In this document: positions 52,922 through 64,000 of the stretch, piece by piece | Position numbering within the stretch: position 1 is the first letter of the stretch | Layout of the letters: every line of letters starts with the position of its first letter | IMG/VR virus record: IMGVR_UViG_3300044856_000241 | Location: 64,001-128,000 of that record | Reading direction: 5' to 3' (one strand) | DNA: 64,000 nt | From: a virus | Lineage: Duplodnaviria; Caudoviricetes | The notes under the pieces: generated by a model | Database searches by the model: none | The model's input: only the letters and a program-made list of their open reading frames with translations | Told to the model about the DNA's origin: nothing | Program-made: the position numbers and the translations under genes

Positions 52922-53536
52922 TTAATGTAAACTATAAGCTAAAGAAAGATAATAATTATCTGGAGACTCATCTTTAAATTTCTGAATATCACGTTTTAAT
53001 TCTTCATAATATTCATCTGAAATCTCTTTTCTTGTATCCCAGTCATACTTATCTCTATCTACACGATAAATACCACCACGCTGACTCTCATCAAAATAAG
53101 CAAGATAACAACGGTTTGATTTACTATCCCATTCAAGTAAAGCAATCTGCCGATTAGTTTTGGTCTCAAAAAACGCTGGTGCCCCATATGGATATGTTCT
53201 TGGGTTAACTTTCAAATACACAGAACGTTTCTCTTCTGGCTTACTCTGATCAAGCATTTTCTGACTATGTTTTGCTTTTTCTGCAAATTCATCATACACT
53301 ACTTTATAAGGGCAAGAAGTAACATCTAACCACTTACCTCCGTCCGGCATAATTATATGATTATTACTACATAAACGAGATTTTCCATTTACATCAAAAT
53401 AATAACGCTCAGTTGTATAATTACCTAACGGATATGTCGTATTATAATTTGTTCTTGTTCTCTGATTCTGAATTGCTGCTCCTGCTTTAAGTCCACCTTT
53501 TGCTGCTAATGCTGCTAAAAAGAATAATCCTGCCAT
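52922..53536 (-). CDS. hypothetical protein with hydrophobic N-terminus
   Basis: MAGLFFLAALAAKGG.. Confidence 0.65.
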   Translation of the reverse strand: MAGLFFLAALAAKGGLKAGAAIQNQRTRTNYNTTYPLGNYTTERYYFDVNGKSRLCSNNHIIMPDGGKWLDVTSCPYKVVYDEFAEKAKHSQKMLDQSKPEEKRSVYLKVNPRTYPYGAPAFFETKTNRQIALLEWDSKSNRCYLAYFDESQRGGIYRVDRDKYDWDTRKEISDEYYEELKRDIQKFKDESPDNYYLSLAYSLH

Positions 53537-53915
53537 AATATTTGTCCTCTCTTTCTTATCTTATACTTTCTTATCTTGTTAACTTCTCTAATTTATTTTG
53601 ATATCTTGTTACCCAACGTCGGGCACTTATAAATGTTTTACATTCCACAAAATATGGTATATTCGGATCTAATGTATTAGACACTCCGTACTTGCCTTTA
53701 TAATTCTTTTCAATATAAACTAATTTTTCTCCAAATTTAGCACACCATGTAGTATGTTCTCCATTTTCGTCAAATTCTGTCATTACGTCCCAATCAAATT
53801 TCATTTATATCACCCATTTTCTTAATTATACATCGAATGTTGTCTAATTTCAATACTTTTCCCATCTAATTATCAGACAATATAAGCTAAATTTCCATTT
53901 GAAATTCATCTTTCA

Positions 53916-54266
53916 TCAGTTCCATCGATTTCTAATTTTTCCGTAATCAATTTGCCCCATAACCTGTTCTCTGTACCACTCCAACTCATGTGCTTGGCTG
54001 CACTGGTCACAATAATCATCCAGATCATCATAAAATTCTTCATCATCTTCCAGATACCAATCCATCCATTCGTTTTCCGTTTCATCAAACATCTGAAGTC
54101 CACCGGTATTTGCAAAATCTGGTTTAAGATTTTCCTGTAACTGGAACATATCGTATGCTGCTAACATATCAATTACTTTTTTACCCTCTTCCGGTGACTC
54201 AACCGGAACATAAAATGTTTTGCTTGCTCCTACCTGTGGAATCCACCATACTCTCAATTTACTCAT
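53916..54266 (-). CDS. P22 gp17-like (anti-exclusion) protein
   Basis: KLRVWWIPQV..FYVPVES.EEG..LAAYDMFQ..KPDFAN.GGLQMFD. Confidence 0.7.
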   Translation of the reverse strand: MSKLRVWWIPQVGASKTFYVPVESPEEGKKVIDMLAAYDMFQLQENLKPDFANTGGLQMFDETENEWMDWYLEDDEEFYDDLDDYCDQCSQAHELEWYREQVMGQIDYGKIRNRWN

Positions 54267-55035
54267 TATACTCTACCTCTCTTTCTTATCCACAATATGC
54301 TACATCGCAATGATCAAACACTTTTATCATATTAACATTATAATGCTCTACTTCATCTGCCGTAATCAAAGGTTCTTTATATTGATGATAGTCGAACTGC
54401 CGGAATCCATATCTCGGATCATACTCACCAGCATACCATCCATCATCAATTTTGTCGACCTCTAACTCACAATTACAACTCACCCATGATTTTGCTTCAT
54501 TAATAATACTAATAAGTTGAAGCTCTTTTCTGTTGAATTTTTTATTTGTCATTATAATACCACCTTTCGTGTACAACAAAACGCCCACCTTAGTATTCTC
54601 TATACCAAAGTGGACGTTCCAGTTTTAATTTATTGTTCTTTTTAAATTTCAATGTAGTCTTTTTCAGGAAGAAAAATCTGCGAATTCCCAAATATCACCA
54701 CCAGAAATCCATTCTCCTTCATCATCGTATTCGTTTTCTTCTACGTAATATTCAGTCACCTCATAATATCTTCCATCACTGTCTCTTTCATAAAATGTGG
54801 ATTTGAAATCTTTTAATGCATCTAATGCATCTTCTTTTTTGTCAAAAGTCTTTAATATACATGGACTTAATACAAATCGTTCGTCAATATTTAACGTGCA
54901 TCCAGGTTTAATATCTTCTTTTTTATCAATAGCAACTGTATTTCTTCTTAATTCATATACCATTATACTACCTCCTCTGCTTTATAATTATATAACTATT
55001 TATGTTTTTCCACAACAAAAAAATGTTAAATTTCA

Positions 55036-55587
55036 TCACTGATAAATCGTCCTGCAATAGTGCTTGATACCTTCGTAAGTTCTTCCCATAGTTTCAGCAA
55101 TCTGTCTATATGACATTCCCTTCCGCAACATTCCTAACATTAGGGTTCGATCCTGTTCTGTAAATTTCTTTCTGTGGTTTCTGATCTTGTAATTCAGTTT
55201 CTGCTCACGCACCCATTCTGGTTGCGGAACAATAAAATTTTCCTGGAAGTTAGCCCAATTAATTTTATCCTTATATTTCTCAGCCCATTCCCAAAAATCT
55301 TCAGAATCAATCAAGTATCTTGTTTGCGTTTCACACACTACTTTCTTAGCAGGAAGTCCAAGTTTCTCAATCCATCTAATCGGAACTGTTGTATCTACGC
55401 AAAAACATTTTGCAATCATTTTAGCACTTAGATAATCAGTGTAATAATGCTTTAATCCTATTTTAGCAGCCTTTTTCTGCACAGATTGTTTAGTTCGATT
55501 TAACTTTTCGGCAGTCACAATCACCGGTTGCTTCAGATATCTGCTTTTCAGATAATTTACTTCCTGTTCTGTCCACTCTCTTCTCAT
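55036..55587 (-). CDS. multi-HTH DNA-binding protein
   Basis: WTEQEVNYL..AEKLNRT; FTEQD..SYRQIAETMGRT. Confidence 0.75.
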   Translation of the reverse strand: MRREWTEQEVNYLKSRYLKQPVIVTAEKLNRTKQSVQKKAAKIGLKHYYTDYLSAKMIAKCFCVDTTVPIRWIEKLGLPAKKVVCETQTRYLIDSEDFWEWAEKYKDKINWANFQENFIVPQPEWVREQKLNYKIRNHRKKFTEQDRTLMLGMLRKGMSYRQIAETMGRTYEGIKHYCRTIYQ

Positions 55588-58500
55588 TTACACACCTAAT
55601 AACTTTCTTATGAACTGTTTAATATTTACAGAACCTTCAGATACTTCACGTTGTTCTTTCCGTTTCTGAATTTTCATATAATTCAGTTGTACGTCAGCTT
55701 CCATATACTCTTGCATCTGAACAGGAGTTAAACTACTATACGGTGTGCTCATTGATGTGTCAAATATATCTACATCTCCATTATGAATAATTCTAAATCC
55801 AAACATTTCCATTATACAATCTCCTTTGCAATACTGTCATCCAAGTAATCTTCCTGTCGTTCTCCAAATGGAATATGCAGATCGCCAACAACCTGGAACG
55901 GAATATTATTTGATTTTAGCAGCTGTTCAAAATAATCTCCAATGCACAATGTATTATCTTCAGCCTCCAGGAACATTATGCTTGCTAACCGCGCATATCT
56001 GAATACTGCTGTTTCGCTTTCTTTAGGAATCATATATACAACCGGCTCTACACCATATTCATCTTCCGGTTCCAAATCATATGTACCATCAAAATCTAAT
56101 ACAAAAAATGTTCTGATCATTATTCATCTACCTCACTTTCCATTCCTTCAACTACAAGATCTAACAGTTCATATACTTCATCTTCGTGTTCTGTCATATA
56201 TTTTGCAAAACAATCATAATCTGGTTTCTCATTATTTTCTTCACAATACTCATTGTATCTTTCCCACATTGTATCTTCTACAATATGTGAATTGAATTCT
56301 TTTCCTTTATATTCCAATTCAGGATCTGCCCATGCGCCATGCCAAATAAATCCTACTTCCGGTAATCCATACCAATCTGGATATTCAACCGGTACGATTA
56401 AATGTATTCCTTGTTTTGTTATAATTGTTTTTCTTAATGTACTAAACGTAATTATCAACCTCGCTTTCTTCCAATAAAATAAGAGACCGGATATTTCCAG
56501 TCCCTTATATATTCTCTTTTGAAACCTTGCATTCATTATTCCTCAACCTCAATACAAATTCTGTCTCCATCTAAGGGGAATATATATGTTAATTCTTTAT
56601 CTCCATATTCTTCAATCTTTTTCCATATATCGTCTGCGTTTCCATCATAATAGATTGAAGCCTTGTAACCACTTCCGCAACTCTGAATTCTGACACAACC
56701 TTGTACGGTTACATTTTCTAATAAATCACGTAATGTCATCTTAACAACCTCACTTCCGTTCTTTGAATTTAATTCCGTTCTCTTTTAAGTATCTAATTAG
56801 AGGTTGAAAATATGCCTCTGGCTCCAGAATGTTCGGAACATTTTCTCTTGCCCATTTCAGTTTCTTTGATGTTATTTTACCTTCGTTAATTAAATAATCC
56901 AGTTCCATCATATGCAACTTATCAGCAATTTCCAAGTCGTATTCTTTATACAAATAAGTTGATGGAAGATATGTAGCCCACGTATCAATGTTTTCTAATC
57001 TTAGTTTGAGCTTCGCTACTTTAGATTCGCTTAACTCAGCAAGCATCTGAATTGCTTCTTCTTCCAGATTATTTTCTGTAAAATACCGTTTAATAATACT
57101 AATATCTGACGGACGTTCTATATATGGAGCATTCACCAATTCTTTTAATGTTACTGCCATTTTTATCTACCTGCCTTTCACTGATATATTCTCTTCGCTT
57201 CCAATACGAAAAGCAGACAACCTAAGTCATCTGCTTTTCATTAATACATATAATCAAGTAAGTTATTTACTTCACTTGCTGCCGTTTCAATACTGTTAAT
57301 AGAGGTCACTGCATATGGTTCAGTTTCTCTTAAATAATCCGCAAGTGCTTCTAACATATCCGCTACAGCATTCACAACATCATCGACACCACATTCGATG
57401 TCATTGTCTTTTAAAATCTGTTCATATTTTTCTTTCATAATTTTCTCCCTTCGAAACACAATTTTCATTTACTTTGTAACTTTGTATCCTCTTTTTTCAA
57501 TTTCTGTAATCAAATCTTCGTCGGTGTATGATTCAAAATTATAATCAACAATTCCGCTTTCTTCCAACCAGCATTCATTTTCTGGATCAAAAACAAATCG
57601 CCAATTACAATTATCATCGCCAGAATATGTCATTTTACCTTCTTTGATATATGGTACCAAAGCATTTAAAAATATAAGTGTTTCATCTTCATGATATTTA
57701 TCCGTATCATAAATAGAAATCTCATTTTCATTAACAATATCAAATTCAAATTCAATTGCACACAACTCGTCCAATATATCGTTAAGTATTTCTTCAACTT
57801 GTCTAATATTTACGCCATCTTTAAATGTTGCAATTCCATCTCCATTTGCATAATATCCTACGATCTTATCCTCTCTTTCTACCATCTGAAATGCAGTTTT
57901 CATTTCCTACATTTTTATATTAAATGTCCTATTACTGCAGGAAACACATCAAATTTTGTACCTAAAACTGTTTTGATTTTATAATTTTTATTTTTTAAGA
58001 AGTTTATTAAAAATTGCAATTTGTCTTCTTTCTTAATATTTTTTATTCTTTCATCTAATTCTTCATAATGAGTTTTTTCTAAATATCCATAAAAGACGAC
58101 AGCAGTTTTAAGTTCTAAGATTTCAATTGCATCAATCATAATGTTCACCTCCCAAAAAATATGTTTTCATTCTTTCTTCACTTCAACTACTAACATATAT
58201 TCTTCATAATCACGAAAAACAACATAATGTTCGCATCTATCAATATTAAAATATTGTGCCATCCTTTCGTCTATTTCTGTTCCATCAAGTTCTTGCGAAT
58301 ATGATTCCGCATAATAAAAGCCACCTTTTTGTTTGACCAAATATAGCGAATTATTATCAAGAAGATTTCGCAACGTCTCTTCCGCTTCTTCTTTAGTTAA
58401 AAGCCATGAATTTTGCTTTATCATAATTTTCTACCTCCTTGAAATGTGCTTTTCATTTGTTTTTATTCAATATTACTTTTGCCATGCTCCAATCTTCACT

Positions 58501-61500
58501 ATTGATTAGCTTGACAACTTTTTGAATTATACATGCTAACTCTATATCATAAATTCTATAATGGAAAGCTGCACTGACTTCATTTCTATTACCATGGAAA
58601 TCTATATATCTATTTATATCTAAATTACCATAGTACATGTCCTTTGGTGTTGTAAAATGATGTTTTCTTTCAATAATCTCCTTCAACATTTCTAGTGGAT
58701 TATTATAAAATCCGTTAAACTTAAAATATTTCCCTTCGTTTTCTATCAACTGATCCTTTCTTGTTTTGTTCTCTTCTATCTTCCATTTATCGTCAGGCTC
58801 TCTTCGATTGAATACAAAGAATTCTTCTCCATCTTTTACCATATATGTAGGGTAATAATAGCAACTTCCTGTATATGGACTATCATCATAATATCTTTCT
58901 TTTTCTATAAATTTAATCATAAAACCGTCCTCCAATTTTTAATTTATTAGTTTGTCAAATCCTATCTTATTATTCTCTATTATGTTGTACGAAAAAAGCA
59001 GATATCGTTTTGATATCTGCTTAATTACCATCTGCTTTTATTTTTTTTTCTTTTCTATCCCTTAACAACTGTTACTCTAAAAGGTGATCCATTAGGCAAT
59101 AATGTATGACCTAAATTAATTTGCATTACCTTTTCGCTCGCTTCAGATTTCTTTTTGAAGCATATAAGTTTATCTATTTCTTGATCTGGGTTTTTAGAAA
59201 CTGTATTATCTGTCCGTAAATATCCAATACATCTACCATCATTTTCACAAGCTGCTAAATAATACATAATTAATTCTTCCTATCTTTCTCTATATCTTAG
59301 ATAATTCATATCATCAAAGTGACATCCTGCCATTGCTTCAGGTGTATCTAAATCATCATATTCAATTTCTGCATATGTTCGTGGAAGGAAACTGTCACTC
59401 TCACTTTCAAAGTCATCCCAATAAGGACATCCTTCTTCGTCATTTACATAGTATCTTTCGGTTTCTTCTTCCGTCATATCATTGTATCTTGCACACTCTG
59501 ACGTTCCTGTTGAGTAATCGTGACAAAAATATTTGCAGTTTTTACATTTTCTCATTATGCAACCCTCCATCCGATTTCTTTTTTCAACCGCTCTAATTTT
59601 GCATTTATCCAGGATTTCTTTTAGTTTTCCGTTGATAAACTCCGGTTTCTCTTTCCGCACCAGTGCATTGTATATTCTAACACATTCCTTTATATCAATC
59701 AACGATACTTTAATGCCTTTTATATTTTGTCCGTCTAACCATTTTTCAATCTACCCTCTTAATTTTTTCATATAACTCATCTCCAAATCAACTTAAATTT
59801 TCCGTTTCATAGATTTATCTTGTCCTTACACAAGTTGTAGATAATCCCCTGCAATTCTTCCATTTCCGTTTCTGAAAGATATTCACTTCTGCTAGATTCT
59901 GGAATGTCATAGATGTTGCAACTATCATTTTCAAACCAAATTTCAAAAACATAATGCCACATTCCATTATTACAATTGTATTCACAGTGGATAAAATACG
60001 GATCATCTTCTTTGTCAACCAGTTCTCCATCTCCAATATCTAAAGCAAATGAAGTATCGTCATTCCAATATGAATTACATTTAAATTTTCTTCCATTATC
60101 CCAATCTATCTCATTGAGCATATTTTCAGTTTCTATATATTTCACTTCTATCACTCCCAATTTTGAAATTTTAGATTCATCAGAATTCGATAGTTGCATC
60201 TTCTGAAATATTGTCACACATGTATCCTTCGGATTCTAAATGCTCACATACTACACCAACAATACTGTCAGTATCATACTCTCCGTCATTTTCTTTCTTG
60301 TATTTTTCAATTGCATCTTTTGTTCTTTGAATGATTCCATTCGTTAATTCCTGTTTACCTTCAACTTGAATCATTGTTTCTACGTTTGTACCACAACCAT
60401 CCACATCTACATCAATAAGTTTAATAATCTGTTTCATAATATTTGCCTCTTTTTCTAATTTTGAAATCTACGTTTCAACCTATGTATATCCTTACAACCC
60501 AGTCATTAATCTCGACTGCATTTGGTGTTTGTTTCAAGTTGTTTTCTGTAAGCGGCAACTCACCCCATACGCCATATTCGTCTAACAAATGAACCTCTTT
60601 ACCTTTATTTTCTTCTATAATCTGTTTAACTGTTTTTTCTACCATATTTCCTGCCTTTCTAATCTAAAGGAATGCGAATTTCAAATACTACTTCCATTCT
60701 TACATATATTCGTTCATTTCGCGTTCCATATCTTTTTCATATTGTTCATTCCACCATGCAGCATCTTCTTCCCATTCCTTTTCCCTTGTTTCCTTTTCCT
60801 GTTCAAGATTTTTAATCTTACCTTTTATAAAATCTGGAATATAAATGTGCTTATATATCGTAAGTGGATTATCAAATCTTGTATAATCATCATCTGTCCA
60901 TATAATGAAACCACCAAAAGGAAGAAACTGTACCTTATCTCCTTCACTAATTACTAAAGCACACGAAGCTGATAAATCAAGGTGAATTAAACTCTTCATT
61001 TTAGGATACATATATTTTGCATTATATGATTCCTTATCAGTTTCATAATCTCTTCTAAAATGATGTTTTGTAACACAGACATACTTGCTATACATAAAGA
61101 ATTTCTTTTTTACCTTGTACTTATATTCTCCATTCTCATCTCTCCATTCTTTATCAAGCTCACTTCGAAATCCCATTGGATTAGTCTTACATTTTACTTC
61201 TGTAAGATCTTCCGATAAAGCTCTGTAGAACTCAAGCATTTTGTATTTATCGCACATTTTACGTAATTTTTCTAAGACTTTTTCAAAATTGTCTTCTGTT
61301 ACAGTAATTTTTCTCATATCTGTTACCTCCGTTTCTTCTAATGAAACACGCATTTACTGCGTAATCTTTCCATTATTTTTCATTTCTTTTAATTCGGACA
61401 AAGCTGAAATCATCGTTTTATGCTATTTTTTGTCTTTACTTAATTGTGTTATATATTTCATCTCTTTTATCCCATGCAAAAATTAGAATATTTAACAATT

Positions 61501-63754
61501 CTTCTGGTAATTCAGATATATCCTTTATATTCATACCTGTCAGCATAAATTCGTTTTGCTTTAGCCATCTAACCACCTCATTCTGTTAAAATATATCCAT
61601 TTTCTAACATTTCTTTGATTACTATCTGTGCATATTCATCGGTCTTTGCATCTTCATCAATATATTCCACTGTACCATTTGCTAAATCTAATTTTGCAAT
61701 AACCATACCTTCTTCACTATCGTTATTTGTTTTCCATGCATTGACTATATACTTTTCTTCCTCTTCATTGAAGAAGTCGCATCTAATATCTCTCCATTTA
61801 CCCATAATTTTGTCTCACTTTCTAAAACATTTTTGTGTCATTACATTAAATAAATCTGAAATATTATTAACCGATTCCTTTGATTTAATTAATGTTTTAA
61901 CATCATCAACGCTCATTTCTTTTATTTCCATAAGAACCTCGTTTTGCTGTTTTAAATATTCATTTTCCATTTGCAACTTTTCTATTTCATCACAGTTATC
62001 ACAAATTTTCTTGTGTAAGATTTTATTAGCTTGTTCCAATTCTCTAATTTTCTTTCTCCACTCAATACATTTATTTTCAAAATGCTTTTCGGCAGCATCA
62101 AATTTCTTTCCTTTTGGCATATACTTTCCTCATAAACTTATCGTTTCATCATTACAAAATATATTCTCCTGTTTCTAACGATTGTGGTATTAACTGCACA
62201 TAATCTGGATGGCTTACAAATTTTACATATTTCAATATGTATTCCTCTACATTGTTGAATTCCTCTTCGTCCATTTCATTCGCATCTTTCAATCCAAGTT
62301 TGAATTTTTGTGAAACATTATTTACTGCATCCTCAATTGGATAATATTTTTTACTCATGATATTCCCTCCATTTTCCATTTGAAAATCTTGTTTCATACT
62401 TCTATTCTGAAATCTCTTCCGTAAAACAACCGGACTGATAACAATTACTCGGTGCTTCTCTTCTGCCTTCAAAAATGTCATTCTTTACAATTTCCTCAGC
62501 CTCTTCTTTATTATTTGCTTCTACTTCATAATTTCCACTGTAACATTCGCTATAAGTAACTAAATATTTTTCATGTTCAACACAATCCTTTCTAATTAAT
62601 CTCTCAAATGATCACTACCGGTGGAAATATTCTCGTTTTCCATTCCATAACAGCCTTTAATTTTCTTTGTATCTCCATTATCTTTCCATGAAATATATCC
62701 ACCATAATGATATTTAACTGCTTTTACTGCTTTTTCCCATGAATACTGTACCTTCTCATGAGTTTCAACATACTCGTCCCATAATTCTTTTGCCTTATCT
62801 AATGATTCAGCAACAACTATATAATGGAACACAACACAATATCCATCAGCTGTCCATCTAACTATGAATTCTCTCATTGTTCTTCACCCCACAATGCTTT
62901 ATATGCTTTAATAGCAGCTTCTCTTAATTTCACTTCCCAATTTTCATCTGAGAAATCAATCTCATATTCGTACCATTCCTGACAACCGTCGTGTTGCCAA
63001 TATCCGTTTTCATTTATAGACAATCTATAAAATGCACTACAATATTCTGTTTCTTCCGTTGAGTTATCAATACAGATATTATAATCAACCGCCTGTTTAT
63101 CGTTTCCATATTCTACATCACCCCAAGAATCATAATCTTCATGATTTATTATGGTTTCTATAATTTCATCTTTATTTACATCGCATCTATATGTAAATTC
63201 ACTCACAATACTCACCTCGCTTTACCACGGAAAACAGTTGTACAATTCATTATTTTTAACTTCATCCATCTCAAATAAATACGCACCACTATCCCAATAG
63301 TCTTCGTCATTATCAACAATCGTCCGTTTTGGATATTCTTTTTTGAAAATTACTTTTGCTTCGTCATAAGATTTTGCAATGATAATTCCTTTATCACCTT
63401 CACTGTTCTCATATGCAAATACTTTCTTCTTTTTAAACATAATCATACCTCCACAAAATCTTCGCCAAGTTTTAATCCCAACGGATACTCTGAATCATAA
63501 TGATCCGTTATACCCCATCCATTGTAATAATCATCTTCGACTACATCTTGCCAATTAATATCATTTTCTATATCCTGAACTGTCGGAAGATTTGTTTCAT
63601 CCGCAGTATCAATCCCCGCATCCAGAATTTCTTTCCGTTTCGCTTTTAATTCTGTAATGTACATTTCGCACAATTCTTTACCGCGTTCTGTAAGTTTGAA
63701 TTTCATATTGTTACTCCTTTGAAAGTTTTATTTCTACTGTATTATTCTCCATAA

Positions 63755-63792
63755 AAAATAAGACATTAGCGATTTGCTAATGCCTTATTTTT
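63755..63792. terminator. intrinsic terminator after the second mazF
   Basis: AAAAATAAGACATTAGC..GCTAATGCCTTATTTTT. Confidence 0.75.
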
Positions 63793-63797
63793 GGGAA

Positions 63798-64000
63798 TTA
63801 TAAGAAACTGATTATCAATTCTTTTGCTTCTTTCCATATGTATTCTGGACATTCTTCCAAAAATCTTGCGTTTCTTGCTCCTACATCAAGCATTTTTGCT
63901 TGATCACACAGTATAACGCCAGTTGTCTTTGTAGTATCATCCAGTTCTATATGGAATGGGTGTGACTTATTTCTTGTTGTAATCGGACACACAAGAACCA
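63798..64000 (-). CDS. mazF: second MazF/PemK (ChpA-like) toxin, 5' end beyond the right edge
   Basis: CPITT..HPFHIEL..TGVILCDQAKMLD..ARNARFLE. Confidence 0.85.
   Translation of the reverse strand, partial: VLVCPITTRNKSHPFHIELDDTTKTTGVILCDQAKMLDVGARNARFLEECPEYIWKEAKELIISFL

Larger units (their letters stand above)
48115..63706 (-). other. array of about 40 small, mostly unrelated genes separated by TGAAA-N6-TTTCA sites
   Basis: 60-240 aa ORFs, each with its own RBS; a site lies at many of the junctions. Confidence 0.65.
6002..63735. repeat. dispersed 16-bp palindrome TGAAA-N6-TTTCA at gene junctions (~30 copies)
   Basis: Perfect copies start at 6002, 20565, 24198, 37696, 49107, 49433, 51301, 53900, 57887, 58440, 60462, 62381; imperfect copies at 15173, 22285, 34251, 39740, 48534, 50778, 50995, 51538, 52584, 52826, 55020, 56520, 57452, 58154, 59794, 60668, 61342, 61405, 62133, 63720. 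Confidence 0.85.

Noticed and set aside
6-62178. Dozens of plus-strand ORFs in the track
   Set aside because: They are antisense shadows of minus-strand genes with no RBS or motifs; only xre (45046-45288) is credible
1-64000. CRISPR array
   Set aside because: No direct repeats with regular spacers; the 16-bp palindromes are separated by whole genes

Overview
AT-rich (roughly one-third GC) segment of a large, probably temperate (SPbeta-like in organisation) phage or prophage of a Firmicutes/Clostridia host. Almost every real gene is on the minus strand, and there are no virion or replication genes in the window. From left to right: (i) a tRNA-maintenance/RNA-repair region with a CCA-adding enzyme (frameshifted, cut by the left edge), a Pol-beta/RlaP-like nucleotidyltransferase, three CCA-less tRNA genes (two Ile-UAU, one Gln-UUG) interleaved with structured non-coding RNAs, and Pth2; (ii) a TnpB-only IS200/IS605 element whose empty site can be reconstructed; (iii) a Tad2-like protein and a DUF6273 protein with a DGR-like variable tail; (iv) an NAD operon (PncA, radical SAM, Prs/Adps-like, NAMPT/Namat-like with a nicotinate-type Ser, macrodomain, NadE) followed by a tRNA-like RNA with a greatly expanded anticodon arm; (v) a Ca-ATPase + 3x TerD + PspA module; (vi) a circularly permuted multi-TRD C5 methyltransferase; (vii) metallophosphoesterase, Thg1 and SLOG genes; (viii) a regulatory switch region with a LexA-boxed promoter, phage sigma factor, DUF262 protein, MazF, Xre and tyrosine recombinase; (ix) HicAB, KptA and a long run of small hypothetical genes. 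About 30 copies of a 16-bp palindrome, TGAAA-N6-TTTCA, sit at gene junctions (stop codon / site / RBS) and suggest an undescribed gene-cassette system or a dispersed operator. All family calls come from motif recognition by eye, not from database searches.
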